Assembly: GCF_006345805.1 (NCBI RefSeq)
Contig: NC_043026.1
Span: forward strand, 5,146,001 to 5,210,000
Direction of reading: 5' to 3'
Origin: Octopus sinensis
Taxonomy: Eukaryota
DNA length: 64,000 nt
Made by a program: the position numbers and the translations under genes. The notes beneath the pieces were generated by a model. It searched no databases. It was not told the origin of the DNA and saw only the letters and a program-made list of their open reading frames with translations. Position 1 is the stretch's first letter; each line of letters opens with the position of its first letter. Below are positions 13,186-24,764 of this stretch, in pieces.

Positions 13186-13620
13186 TGGTGTGTCATGTTT
13201 CGGCCGATATACTCTCCACACTTGATCAGGTGTCTTGAGGAAATTTCAAATTGGGTTCTCATTTCTGAGGTATTTTTCAATATTGTTATTATTATTGTTG
13301 TTATTCATGTCACTGCCCAGAATCGAACTCTGAACCTTGAGGTTAGTAGCCTGCACTCTTAACCACTGCCATATGCCCGTGGGCAATTAGAGAGTGAATT
13401 TCAGGGCTTATAAATCTAATATTTTCCTATCCTTCCTTAATACCGGTTCCTATATGCTACTCATATCTGCACTCGGTCTGCTTAGGAGGTTGTTGTGTCC
13501 TTGCATATGGGCTCCTTTTTTTAGTTTTCGTATTTTCCAGTGGTGTTCTCTGTCTATTATTTTAACTTCGTCCCACAGGGGCAGATGGTCTCCCGCCATA
13601 TATGTGGTGTGGTGGTTGTC
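13186..13620 (-). mobile_element. Penelope-like element remnant (GIY-YIG C-terminus, tRNA-like segment, degenerate hammerhead-like motif)
   Basis: HLPLWDEVKIIDREHHWKIRKLK...HM...LLSR resembles a PLE endonuclease C-terminus. Downstream on the minus strand is cCTGATCAagtgtggagagtatatcggccGAAAC. Confidence 0.45.
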
Positions 13621-15474
13621 CTTGTCTTGAACTCTGACCATTCTTGCCACAGGACAATTTCTGGTCAAATACAAAGACAGAAAAGTAAACAAAGAGAGAG
13701 AGAGGGGGGATTGAAAGGTGTCAATTCTTTGACAATTTGGCCCTTTGGCTCTGGTCACACCATCATCATCATCATCATCATCATCATTAAAGCGTGAAAG
13801 TGGACAAAACACCAACGCTTATAAATGAAATGGTGTCTCAATTATGTTTTGTGGGACAAACAGACAGAATCTATCTTTTATATATTAAGATATATATCAA
13901 TCTATCTAACAATGTTCTTCCTGTCAGAGGACAGAGAGAGAAAGAGGTGCTCTGCGATCATGCTAGAAATAGAGACCAAGCACTTCCATGGAGGGATGAA
14001 TGGCAGGCTGGCTGCATGGATGGATGGATGGTTGGCTGGCTGGCTGGATGTATACATACATAAACGCCTGCTGTATGTATATATTGTATACAGTTGTTAT
14101 TTCGTTCGTCTCTCCATCATTTCTTCTCCAATCCATTTTCCGTTTCGAAAATCTTAGCATTTTTCGCTTCCAGGTAAGATTACAATCAAAGGGAGAGAAT
14201 TCTCCAAATGTAACAGTTTACATTAAGAGTGATTTCCCTTGACACTAAAAACTCTTCGCGTTTACAAAATTTTCTTTTCTCTTTCGGAGCAAAATTTCGT
14301 TCCATCTTTCTGTCCGTGTGTCGTTCTTTCTGCGTCTATTTATCTGTATCCCTGATTGTGTGTATTTATATCTCTGTGTCTGTGCATGCATGCATGCCTG
14401 TTTGTATGTCTGTATTTATGTATGTATACATGTATGTGTGTACGTATGTATGTATGCGTATGTGTTTGTGTGTGTATGTACATGCATACAAATACTCTTT
14501 GGGTCAAAGTGAGAAAGTGGCGATGATGGTGGGGTTTGGACCGCAGCTGCTGCTGCAACTACTAATACTACTCCAACTACTAATACTGCTACTGCTTGTA
14601 GTAGTAGTAGTAGTAGCAGCAGCAGCACTATACATGGAGGATATAAACTTGTTTTTCCCCTGATATCGATGTTATACATTCATGTGTGTGTGTGTGTGTG
14701 TTTTATTGCGCATTACTCAAATGAAAAGCTGAGGACCGCATCTATTTCATGCCAGTGGATGCGACCCTAGTCTGCCTCTTTCAGTTCAAACCAAGAGGGA
14801 CCGACTGCTTCCACCTTCATCCTTCACGCACTCTTTTCACATCTTCTTTGCTGTTTCCATGAGAATTTGGTTTTCTGATTGAGGTTGTTAGCTGCAAGTC
14901 AGCCTCTTTAGTCTCGATGACAGGTGGATTACCATCGGTCATTCTGGTACGGGTAACCCTGCCAAGAGCTTAAACTCTCACTAACATTTCCTTTTGGGTT
15001 ATAGACTCATCCCAGCCCTCCTCTGTTGCGACAAGGTAGCGATCGTTCTGTGGAGCTGTGTCTATGGTAGTAAAAGATAGTGTTATTACAAGAGGTTCTT
15101 TTTTTCTTTTAATGAAGAGAATCTATGGAAGAAAGAGGTTTTACTACCTGTAGATCCAGAGATCAGACACTCTAATTAGAAAGAGTATGGCAGAAGAACC
15201 TATTAATGACCTGCAAGATAATTAGAAGCGGATATAACATTCTTCAAATTTATGACTAAACAAGGCATTGTTGTTAACAATCGTTGTTGTGACACGTCAT
15301 TTTGCAACAGTGATGCTGAATAATTAAATTCACTTTTCCACAAACTGATCATCTCAATCAATTCTGTGCAACAATCGATAAAATGAATTTATAGATTCAT
15401 TTACAAATGGAATGTGTCAAACCATCTTAAAAATTCGTGTATTGCGTTCTTTTACACAGATTAGGAAAAACAAA

Positions 15475-16076
15475 AGAATATTTTTAAATAAAAGAATTTA
15501 TAAAGATGAAGTAGATTTCTTCAGTATTGACTGTGAAGGACCAAGGTTTGTTGGAAGCCCCAGGAGGGGAAGATGGAATGAATTGTATGTTGAAGGGTTG
15601 TTTATGGTGAATCGAGACAGCTTCCCGGTTGCTCGTTTACAAACAGACGAATGTCCTGTTCAAGTAAAAGATTTTGATGTCTCTGAGGAAGGAAAGACAG
15701 TTGTGTGTGAAAAAGCCAATAATGGAAATGTTAAAATATTCGATGAAGACGGCCAGTTGCTACGTCACAGAAATGTTGCAAGTTTAGTTGGTGGTGTGTG
15801 TTTTACACAAGAATCACACATAAAGGCCACGGTTCCTAAAAGGAAAGAAATATTTCAACTGAATGGAGAAGATTTGCAGACATCTCAAGTTTGGTCGAGT
15901 CTCATCCCTTATGGTGTAATATGGAGAAAAGTGGCGGGTATTTACTGGTGTGTACATAATGAATTGATTGAATGTCATTGCATAAAGATTGATGGGGACC
16001 AAGTGAACATTCTGGAATCTGTGTCGTTATTAAATCTTGATTCTGGTCTTCGTTTCCCTTCCATTACATCTGAAAC
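15475..16076 (+). pseudogene. Inverted partial duplicate (end of repeat 4 and most of repeat 5) of the propeller gene
   Basis: Aligns by eye to 41650-42241 reverse-complemented and is open for ~200 codons (ORF 15412..16083). It is truncated at the 3' end by a reversed SINE head. A possible phase-0 acceptor (gttcttttacacag) is at 15446-15459. Confidence 0.85.
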
Positions 16077-16126
16077 CACATAATGTGGTTGGGAAGCAAA
16101 CTTCTTAAAACACAGCCACTTCTGCG

Positions 16127-16127
<1 letters not shown>

Positions 16128-16169
<42 letters not shown>

Positions 16170-16170
16170 G

Positions 16171-16247
<77 letters not shown>

Positions 16248-16250
16248 ATG

Positions 16251-16306
<56 letters not shown>
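16128..16306. repeat. (TA)n/(TATG)n microsatellite; representative of dozens of TA, CA, CT and GATA tracts (e.g. 815-893, 1480-1560, 6288-6380, 11605-11680, 27680-27940, 37880-37925, 57420-57630)
   Basis: Read directly. Confidence 0.95.
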
Positions 16307-16560
16307 ACTGAGAATGTGTGTCCGTCTGTCTGTCTGTGTGTTTCCCTAAAACTTGAGAACTACACAACCAATTTCATTCAAAGTTTACAAATGCCTTACT
16401 TAAGGTCCAAGTAGTTTCATGGGCAAAAAAGAAAAATGTTCAACTTCTTGCCTAGAGCGGGCCCATAGCAATATCATATCTTCTCCACTATTTCAGTATT
16501 ACGTGTTAAAAGTGAAACATAAATATTTCTCTATTTTATGTCAGATGCTTTCACTTTAAC
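16300..16560 (+). mobile_element. Possible Helitron/Helentron-like non-autonomous 5' end
   Basis: tatataactgagaatgtgtgtccgtctgtctgtctg...aactacacaaccaatttcattcaaa pattern. Confidence 0.3.
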
Positions 16561-17313
16561 AATAAAAATAATAATAACAATTGAATTATATGTAGTAAGT
16601 AATAATTAGAATCAAACTAAAGTATAATATAATCGTAACATAACAAAAGTAAAAATAGCAATTGGTATAAAATTGTATCAATGACTTGAACTTGAATAAG
16701 TGGTTTCACATGAATGGGAATAAATTAAAAATAAAATTAGCATGCAGAAATGGAATAGTCCAGATGGATAATAAAAAATTAAATTAAAGAAAAGACTATT
16801 GTCTATAAAGTATACAATGTAGAGAAAAAAGAGGAGCTAACTATTCCATTTAATTGATCATTCCGCCGAGGTCGACTTTGCCTTTCATCCTTTCGGGGTC
16901 GATAAATTAAGTACCAGTAACGCACTGGGGTCGATGTAATCGATTTAATCCCTTTGTCTGTCCTTGTTTGTCCCCTCTACGTTTAGCCCCTTGTGGGTAG
17001 TAAACAAATATATTAAGGAGCTAACAACTGCAGTCTGTTTTACGCCAGTCTGTTTTTGTCATTTGCTGTTGATTACCGGTTTGTGAATTTAACTATTGTT
17101 ACTTTGTGTCATATATATATTGTGTAATTTGTGTAGAAACTGTTATTAGCCTTCGCGCGAAGGCTACGTATTAAAATTCCACCCTACGGGGGAATTGTTT
17201 TGAAACAATTATTGTGAAACAATTTAAAATATACACAAAAGGCCTGCGAAGCCAAAATTTTTGAAGGCTTGTCAAAGCCAATTGAAAAGGCTTGTAAAAA
17301 GCCACATCCAGAG

Positions 17314-18505
17314 ATGGAGACTCCTATCTCATACTCACCTGTATCAGGTGAAGAAAGTTCACCGGCGGTGACGCCAGAAAAAGAAGAGGCCCCAGCGAAG
17401 AAGTTCGCAGAAGTTGCAGGAAAAAGACAAAAGAAAATCAACACAGATAAGAGCAACTTAGAAAAGTATGAAGCACTTTTGAAAAAGGAAGGAAATGAAA
17501 TAGCAGTGGAATCAGACGTCAGAAAGAAAGAAGAAGTAGAAAGAAAAAGGATTATCTACAAGACATACAATACAACGATGAAAAGCATTCAAAGAGTGGA
17601 GGAAAAAAAATAGAGGATTGTCTGAAGACAATAAGGAAAGACATTACGTATATAAACCGAGGCAGAAAGTTTGGAACAGTTGAGGTGAGGTTTAGGACGG
17701 AGGAGATAGCCAAGAAGCTATCGACCGAACCTCAAAAAGCGGAGAATATAGTCCTTCTCCCCCCTGTACAGAGGCAGAAGGACCTCAAAAATATTAATGA
17801 AAAATATTCCGCCAGAGGCGGACACCACGTGCCTGGTGGTGGCAGTGATGTTGGGCCTGGAGGACAAGATCACTATCCTCCAGGCTACAGTAGAGGAGGA
17901 GGGGTTTTGGCAAGGCCAATGTATCACAATGGTGATTCAGGCGGAGGTCCAAACGTTAGAAGAAATACCGGAGATATTGAGGCTCAGCGAGGAGGAGAGG
18001 GTGCTAGTGTTTGTGGAGGGCAGAAAGCCGAGGTGCTTCGGCTGCGGTAAAAAGGGGCACGTAAGAGCGGAGTGCCAACCTAAACCGCAGGAAGCAGCAC
18101 TGCCGGAAAAAGAAAAAACAGAAGAGAAAACACCAGAAACTACAGAAACCAAAGAGGTAGAAGAAACAACAAGCGGGGAAGAAAAGGAAAAAGAGGAGGG
18201 GTGGTCAAAAATTACCAAAAAAAAAACGGAAAACAGAAACCACCCCTCAGATAGAGAGCCAAAAAAAGAGGAAAGAAGCGACTAATACATTTATGGCCAT
18301 TAAGGCTACCAACAACAGGCTAGTTAATGTTTTGGCAGCCATGGCCAAAGTGGAAAAAATTAAAAAAACAAAAGACTGTATTGTTTATAGAATAGGCCGG
18401 AAGGATTACGGACGGATAAAATCCGATTTCTTTCATGACGTGGGCCCTCTGAGATTGGACATATCTCCATATCTATATGAGGGCCTGCGTCGGACTCCCC
18501 CATGA
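17314..18505 (+). CDS. Tx1-like ORF1 (~396 aa if three homopolymer indels are corrected)
   Basis: Frame changes occur only at A8 (17603-17610), C6 (17759-17764) and A10 (18217-18226). Correcting these joins ORFs 17269.., 17685.., 17797.. and 18293..18505 into one reading frame. Confidence 0.6.
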
Positions 18506-18582
18506 GCCCAGGAAAAAAATAAAAGTGAAGAAGATGACGAAAAACAAGTTGAACAAGTCGAACCACTGATATAAGGTAAGTT

Positions 18583-19645
18583 ATGGATTGCATTTATGTT
18601 GGTTGTTTAAATGTGCGCGGCCTGGGATCAAGCTGGAAGCAAGGTCGCTTCCTTAATGATATCAGGTCGCGTAATTTGGATGTTATTGTCGCTACAGAAA
18701 CCCGGTTAGAGGGGCCAAGAGGTCTACTCCCGCTGTTTGATGGCTACGAGAGTTTTTACTCTCCGGCCAGTCCTACAGGCGGGGGTGGGGTGCTGGTCCT
18801 ATTAAAAAGAAACCGGGTTTTTGAGAAAAAGTTAATTTTTTCAGACCCAGAAGGTAGGCTGGTCGTCATGGATTTGACGTTCAGTAACGGTAAAGTTATC
18901 AGACTGGTTGCAATTTACGCACCCAACCAAAAAGGGCAAAGTGATTATTTTCGAGAACTGGAAAACTTTCTTGGTACTTCGCATTCATTAGTTGTGCTAG
19001 GAGACTTTAACACAATTTGCAAAGCGGATGTAGATTGTGTTGGCTTGCGTCCAGATAGAAAAGGTAACATTGGCTTCTTGGAACTGCTAAGCCGCTTTGA
19101 GCTAGCAGATCCTTATAGGTTGGAATTTCCGAACGCGCCATTGTGGACATGGTCAAACAGCGACGGATCTTCCAGGTCATATATAGATAGGATACTAATT
19201 AGAAAAGTAGACAGAAAAATAGCTAAGTGTCCACAGTTTTACCTGGTCAGCTACAGTGATCATAAAATGGTCACCTGTAAGCTTGACATAGATAAAGTTA
19301 AAAATAGAGGCTCCGGTTACTGGAAACTTAATACGTCCCTTTTGGCGATTAAGGAGTACAGAGACCGGATTAGGACTATAATTCAGAGGGCACTATCTGG
19401 TGCCATCATTAATAACAAATGGTGGTATGCCCTAAAGCGAGCCATCAAATTCGAGACTATTAGATATAGCATAGGATTAGTGGCTAGAGAGGCTAGGAGG
19501 GAATCTACTCTAGTTAAGGAATTAGAGGAAGCCTTGAAAACTGGCTCTGCGGTTCAGGTGGCGGCCAAGAGACTGGCATTAAACCAGCACCTCGAGGCCA
19601 AACACATGGGCTGCATTGTCAGGACTAGGATCCGCGCAATGGGTT
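18583..19645 (+). CDS. Tx1-like ORF2 N-terminal apurinic-like endonuclease domain (truncated before RT)
   Basis: EEP/APE catalytic motifs are intact. The frame then runs into an ORF1-derived fragment and a microsatellite. Confidence 0.85.
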
Positions 19646-19727
19646 GTGATGTTAGGCCTGGAGGACAAGATCACTATCCTCCCGGCTACAGTGGAGGAGA
19701 AGGAGTATTGGCAAGGCCAATGCATCT
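19646..19727 (+). mobile_element. Diverged ORF1 fragment of the same Tx1 family
   Basis: ~90% match to 17846-17927 (gtgatgttRggcctggaggacaagatcactatcctc...). Confidence 0.8.
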
Positions 19728-19964
19728 CCATTCTTTCATTTATTTGTATATATCTATATATATGTATATATATACATATATATTTTTTATATACCTATAT
19801 ATACACATAAATATATACACATATATATTCATATATACACATACATATATATACGACAGGCTTCTTTCAGTTTCCGCCTGCCAAATCCACTGAGAAGGCT
19901 TTGGTCGGCCTGAGGCTACAGTAGAAGACACTTGCTTATGTATATATGTGTGTATGTGTGTATT

Positions 19965-20150
19965 ATCATCTTTTAATGTCCATTGTCCATGCAGGCATGG
20001 GTTGGACGATTTGACCAGGGCTGGTAAGCTGGAAGATTGCTCCAGATCCCAGTCTGATTTGGGTTGGTTTCTATGGCTGGATGCCCTTCCTAATAACAAA
20101 CCACTCTGAGAGTGTAATGGATACCTGTACGTGCCACTGGCACAGGTGCC
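19965..20150 (-). mobile_element. RTE tail fragment
   Basis: Same reverse tail (gcatgggttggacg...ggatgcccttcc). Confidence 0.6.
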
Positions 20151-20759
20151 ATTTGCGTGACACCAGTATCTTCCACAACTGTGATTTTACTTGGCTTGAT
20201 GGTTCTTCTTCTCAACTACGACATAATGCCAACGATCTCGGGGTCATCTGTCATTGCCTCCCTGAGGCTGAACTCTTGAGAGGAGCTTTTCACATGCCAC
20301 CAACGTTGGCCTCTGCGGCACCCGACACCCGGATGCTGCTTCCGTGTGCCAGTTCCATCACATCCGCATCAGCCATGATTAGGATTTCATTTGTTCTGAT
20401 GGCTCTTCTCAACAAAAAAAGTTCTGGATTCTTTTCAACTGACTAAAAATTCTCCAGGATTGTGCCCCAGCATGGCCGTACTCTAATGATTAAAACAGAC
20501 AAAAGAGAACGAAAAAGATGTGTGTACATACACAGGCTTGCATATATGTATGTGTGTGTGTGTATAAATATACTGACATGTATGCCTATTGTCATTGACC
20601 TCTTTTATAACCTCTCACCCCTTTAACACTCATGTCACCCCTTTCCCTCTCTGCCACTAATCTGTCCTAATCTCTCTTGCTCTTGCCATTACTTATCTCT
20701 CATCCACTCCTCCCTCCTAACAATCTCACCCTAATCTGCTGGGGGTGTCACTAAGGATG

Positions 20760-21077
20760 ACAGTGGTTCTCTCTTTTCTGTTTGTCAGGCATTTCAATTA
20801 CTTTGCCGTGTGGCACATTGCTGTACTTGAGAAGAGACCTGTCCACCACACTTGAAATGATCTCCTAAAACCAAAGGGCCACATAAAAAGCATTGGTGAT
20901 GGGGCCATGTAAAAGCACCCAGTACATTCTGTAAAGTGGTTGGTGTTCGGAAGGGCATTCAGCTGTAGAAACCAACCCCAAACAGGCCATGGAACCTGGT
21001 TCAGCCCCTGGCTTTACATCTGCTATTGGACTGTCCAACCCATTCCACAATGGAAAATGGAGGTTACATGATAATGG

Positions 21078-21120
<43 letters not shown>
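20760..21120 (+). mobile_element. Decayed RTE 3' tail with (GAT)n end
   Basis: aagggcattcagctgtagaaac...gtccaacccat...(gat)n. Confidence 0.55.
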
Positions 21121-21129
<9 letters not shown>

Positions 21130-22279
21130 GGTGATTGCTTTTACTGTTGTTCTTGTTTACCATATAGCTGTATTCTGTCCCTCTGCCTATTGCTCATCTC
21201 TCATCCCCCCTGTCACTCAGTCCGCCTCTCAACCCATACTGTACCCAGCTTCAATGTGAACTGAAGATGGTAGCAGCCTTCCCTTTTGTTCGCTCAGCAC
21301 TGGCATCCAGTAACTGCACCTGTTTGGACCTTCTGCTCCACCTCTCATTCCCCTGGGCCACTTCCTGGTACCAAATCCGATTATTTTCCATCCACCATAC
21401 CATCAGCCTTATTAGTCAACCCTCCAACCCATCTACCTGTCACCCCTTGTACCCAGTTCACTCTACCTTCACCTCCCTTTTTCTACTGCCCCCTCACCAC
21501 TCCCTTCCACCTTGTCTACCCCTAAGCTCCTATTGCTTTTCTCCCTGGCCTCTGTCTTCCTTTGGTCTTCTTTTTACCCCTTGGGCCACATAGGCTTGCA
21601 TCACCTCCCTGCCAGCTCCCTCATATTACCTTCAATCTTTGTACCCAGCTTACGATACTATCTACTCCTGCCACTCCCTTAACTCGCATCCCGGGCATCA
21701 CAATTACTCGAGCATCTCACTCTGTATAGAAGCAAATGAGTGCGGGGAGGGGAGGTGGTTGAGAGTTTGGTCATGGGTGTGGACAGGCGGTTGTGTTCGT
21801 GGAGGGGCAGTTGCAAGTACAGGCAGGGTCCTTAGTACCAGATTCAATCACAAGGCTTCAGATCATTATAAAATTTATTTGAAATGTGGATAAGTAAATA
21901 ATTGAAGCTGATTATGTATAACACCTGTGTGCTATCATCATCACCATCATCATCATTGTCATCATTTTAATATCCTGTTTTCCGTTGTTTTGTGGGTTAG
22001 AATTTGTTCAGGTGGATTTTTCTACGGCCAAATACTGTTTCTGTTGCCGACGCTCACCTGTCTGGGCAAGGTAATAATACACTAGTTTGTCAGTCAACCG
22101 ACAACTGAGACTGTTATGAAGTCTTCTTTGTTTACAATGATCGGGTAACATGTGAAGACATGTCAAAAAGCCTGGACTGCAAGCATGCTTCACTGACCGT
22201 ATTGGTAGCAAAGCTGTTTACAGTCAACAGAGACAGCAAGAAATACCAAATCACCCACACAAACACAAACACACATGTA

Positions 22280-22707
22280 CAGCTCATTGTTGACTTACGA
22301 CCACAATTGTTTCCGACTGACCGGTCATAAGTCGGCCCATGGGCCTACATAGCTTTCTTTTATATTTTTACATTCCTAAGGGACATTCGCAGGTAGAAGT
22401 CACACACAGCATTCTGTATTGTACTATTATACTGGCATTAGTCAAAAATTTCAGTCTCAAGCAATCGTCTTATAAACAAACACGAGGTTGCCTCGATGTC
22501 TCCGCGACAGGATTTTCATTCAACACTTGGGATAACCACAGTAGCGATCAATAACCAAACCTAGGAGAGGCATTTATTAGCTAACACCATCTGTAGACAG
22601 GTTATTTCTAAGAAATTAAACCCATTGGACTATTTATTATTGTTGGCGTACTAATTGTCATAAAGTCAATCTGTCGTAAGTCAGAAAGGTCATAAGTCGA
22701 TGACCTG
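22280..22707. mobile_element. Tigger/pogo-like MITE with TA target duplication
   Basis: TA|cagctcattgttgacttacgacc ... ggtcataagtcgatgacctg|TA; imperfect TIRs starting CAG. Confidence 0.7.
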
Positions 22708-23195
22708 TATGCATGTTTTCTCTTTACCATTCTGGTACTGTCACGTTGTCAGGGATCACAAAGACTGTTGAGTGTTGTCGAGGCCATAACAACCTCATTA
22801 GTGTTGGTGCCATGATATAAAAATGAACCCAGGACCCTGTGTAAAGTAGCTAATGTTAGAAAGGGCACGTAGCCTTAGAAGCCATGCCAGATATAGAATG
22901 TATGAGAGAGGTGTGTTCCTCCATTAGGTGAAGAGGATAATTTGAAATATTTTTGTAGAGTCTACTTCTGAGATGGCATCTGTGTCTGGTGTCTTTTCCA
23001 TAACACTTAAGCTTTTAAACCGGCCATGTCCGGGCCCAGTTATTCTACCTGCTTTTTGTTCAAACTGGTCAGACCTGGCTTCTTGCAACCACCTTGCAAA
23101 AACCTTCTAAAACCATACAATCACACCATCAGAATCCGAAAGCGAAGAGATAAGGTTTGATTAATTGGAAACAATCTTATAATAATTCTTCAAAA

Positions 23196-23555
23196 GGCAC
23201 AGGAGTGGCTTTGTGGTAAGTAGCTTGCTTACCAACCACATGGTTCTGAGTTCAGTCCCATTGCATGGCACCTTGGGCAAGTGTCTTCTACTATAGCCTC
23301 AGGCTGACCAAGGCCTGAGTGGATTTGGTAGATGAAAGCTAAAAGAAGCTCATTGTATATATATGTGTGTGTGTGTGTGTTTGGCCCCACCAAGATCACT
23401 TGACAACCAATAGTGGTGTGTTTAAGTACCCGTAACTTAGCAGTTCAGCAAAAGAGACTGATAGAATAAGTATTAGGCTTACTAGGAATAAGTCCTTGGG
23501 TTGATTTGTTCAACTAAAGGCAGTGCTCCAGCATGGCTGAAACAAATAAAAGAAT
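23196..23555 (+). mobile_element. Full-length tRNA-headed SINE (family A)
   Basis: Head gtggctttgtggtaagtagcttgc...gagttcagtccc, internal (TG)n, and tail gtgctccagcatggc..gaaacaaataaaaga; many other copies in the window. Confidence 0.85.
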
Positions 23556-24144
23556 GTCACTCTGTTTCTCAGCCTGTCCATAACGCTTCCACGGGATTAG
23601 CTGAAGGGGATGAGAGGAGAGGAAGGAGAGATGGTGGGGAGTGAAGTGTGTAATTATTTTGTTTTTTTGAACTAACACACACACAACACAGGCTATGCTT
23701 TCCGACTTATTGGATAAAGCTTTCAGGAATAACCCAATAAGTTCGCTGTTAATTCCATGAAACATTCACAGGTTCCACTAGTGTGAATCAATAGGTATTA
23801 TGCTAAATGGTTAATTGTGGCTTTCACTGCATTTCGCTTGTTATATGCTCCAGCCATCTTCAGGTGTCTTGTGTTGACCTCTGTTGTATTAGAATTTTGG
23901 ACCTAATCCTTTATTTGATCCACAATGGTACACTTTTTTCATTCCACTCAGCTTTCATGGCATATGAATTCCCCCTCCTGTCGCAGGATTAACTCATTTT
24001 TGCCAGCTGAGTGGACTGGAGCAACATGGAATGAAGTGTCTTGCTCAAGGACACAATGCATTGCTCGGTCCAGGAACTGAAACCACAATTGGTCTTCAAA
24101 GACCAGATGTAGCTGGCCAACTTAGTCGCTTTTCTATATATATT

Positions 24145-24650
24145 CTTTTGTTTGTTTTAGTCATTTGACTGCGGCCATGCTGGAGCACTACTTTTGGTAG
24201 AACAAATCGACCCCAGAACTTATTCTTTGTAAGCTGACTACTTATTCTATCAGTCTCTTTTGCCAAACCGCTAAACCTATTCACAAGGTTTTGGTCGACC
24301 CAAAGCTATAGTAGAAGACTTGCCCAAGGTACCATGCAGTGGGACTGAGCCCGGAACCACATGGTTGGTAAGCAAGCTTCTTACAACACAGCCATGACTG
24401 TGCCAAATGTATGTGTATATACAGGAAACCTCTTTCAAGAATCCTAACTTTCTTCAAAATTGTTATTTTTTATTTTTGCCTCACTTTTAAGGTAAATAAT
24501 GTAAGAAGCTTGCTTCCCAACCACACAGTTCCAAGTTCAGTCCCACTGCATGGCACCTTGGGCAAGTGTCTTCTACTGTAGCCTCGAGCTGACCAAAGCC
24601 TTGTGAGTGGATTTGGTAGATGGAAACTGAAAGAAGCCCGTCGTGTATAT
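24145..24650. mobile_element. Two SINE family A copies, divergently oriented
   Basis: Reverse copy 24145-24395; forward head 24500-24650. Confidence 0.65.
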
Positions 24651-24764
24651 CCGCTATATCAGAAATCTGCAATGGCTCCCTAACTACCATCTCAGCTATA
24701 ACCTTGGAGCCCTAGTAATCCATTACAGCACTTACCTGGCGTACCTAATCGTTTAGATCACCTG

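Larger units (their letters stand above)
17147..19645 (+). mobile_element. Tx1/L1-clade non-LTR retrotransposon with 5' end, gag-like ORF1 (CCHC knuckle) and ORF2 endonuclease; 3'-truncated, RT missing
   Basis: ORF1 pieces carry CFGCGKKGHVRAEC. ORF2 from 18583 has APE motifs (CLNVRGL, ATET, LGDFN, WTW, YIDRIL, YSDH, GSGYWKLN) and is open for ~350 aa until a junction at ~19645. Confidence 0.9.

Noticed and set aside
15185-15330. Possible Merlin/ISXO2-like transposase N-terminus (FMTKQGIVVNNRCCD)
   Set aside because: Short, interrupted by stops, with no catalytic motif or TIR found.
16083-16414. YIYIYI-, CVCVCV-, THTHTH- and LSLSLS-type ORFs here and throughout the track
   Set aside because: Dinucleotide microsatellites lack stop codons in most frames; there is no coding evidence.
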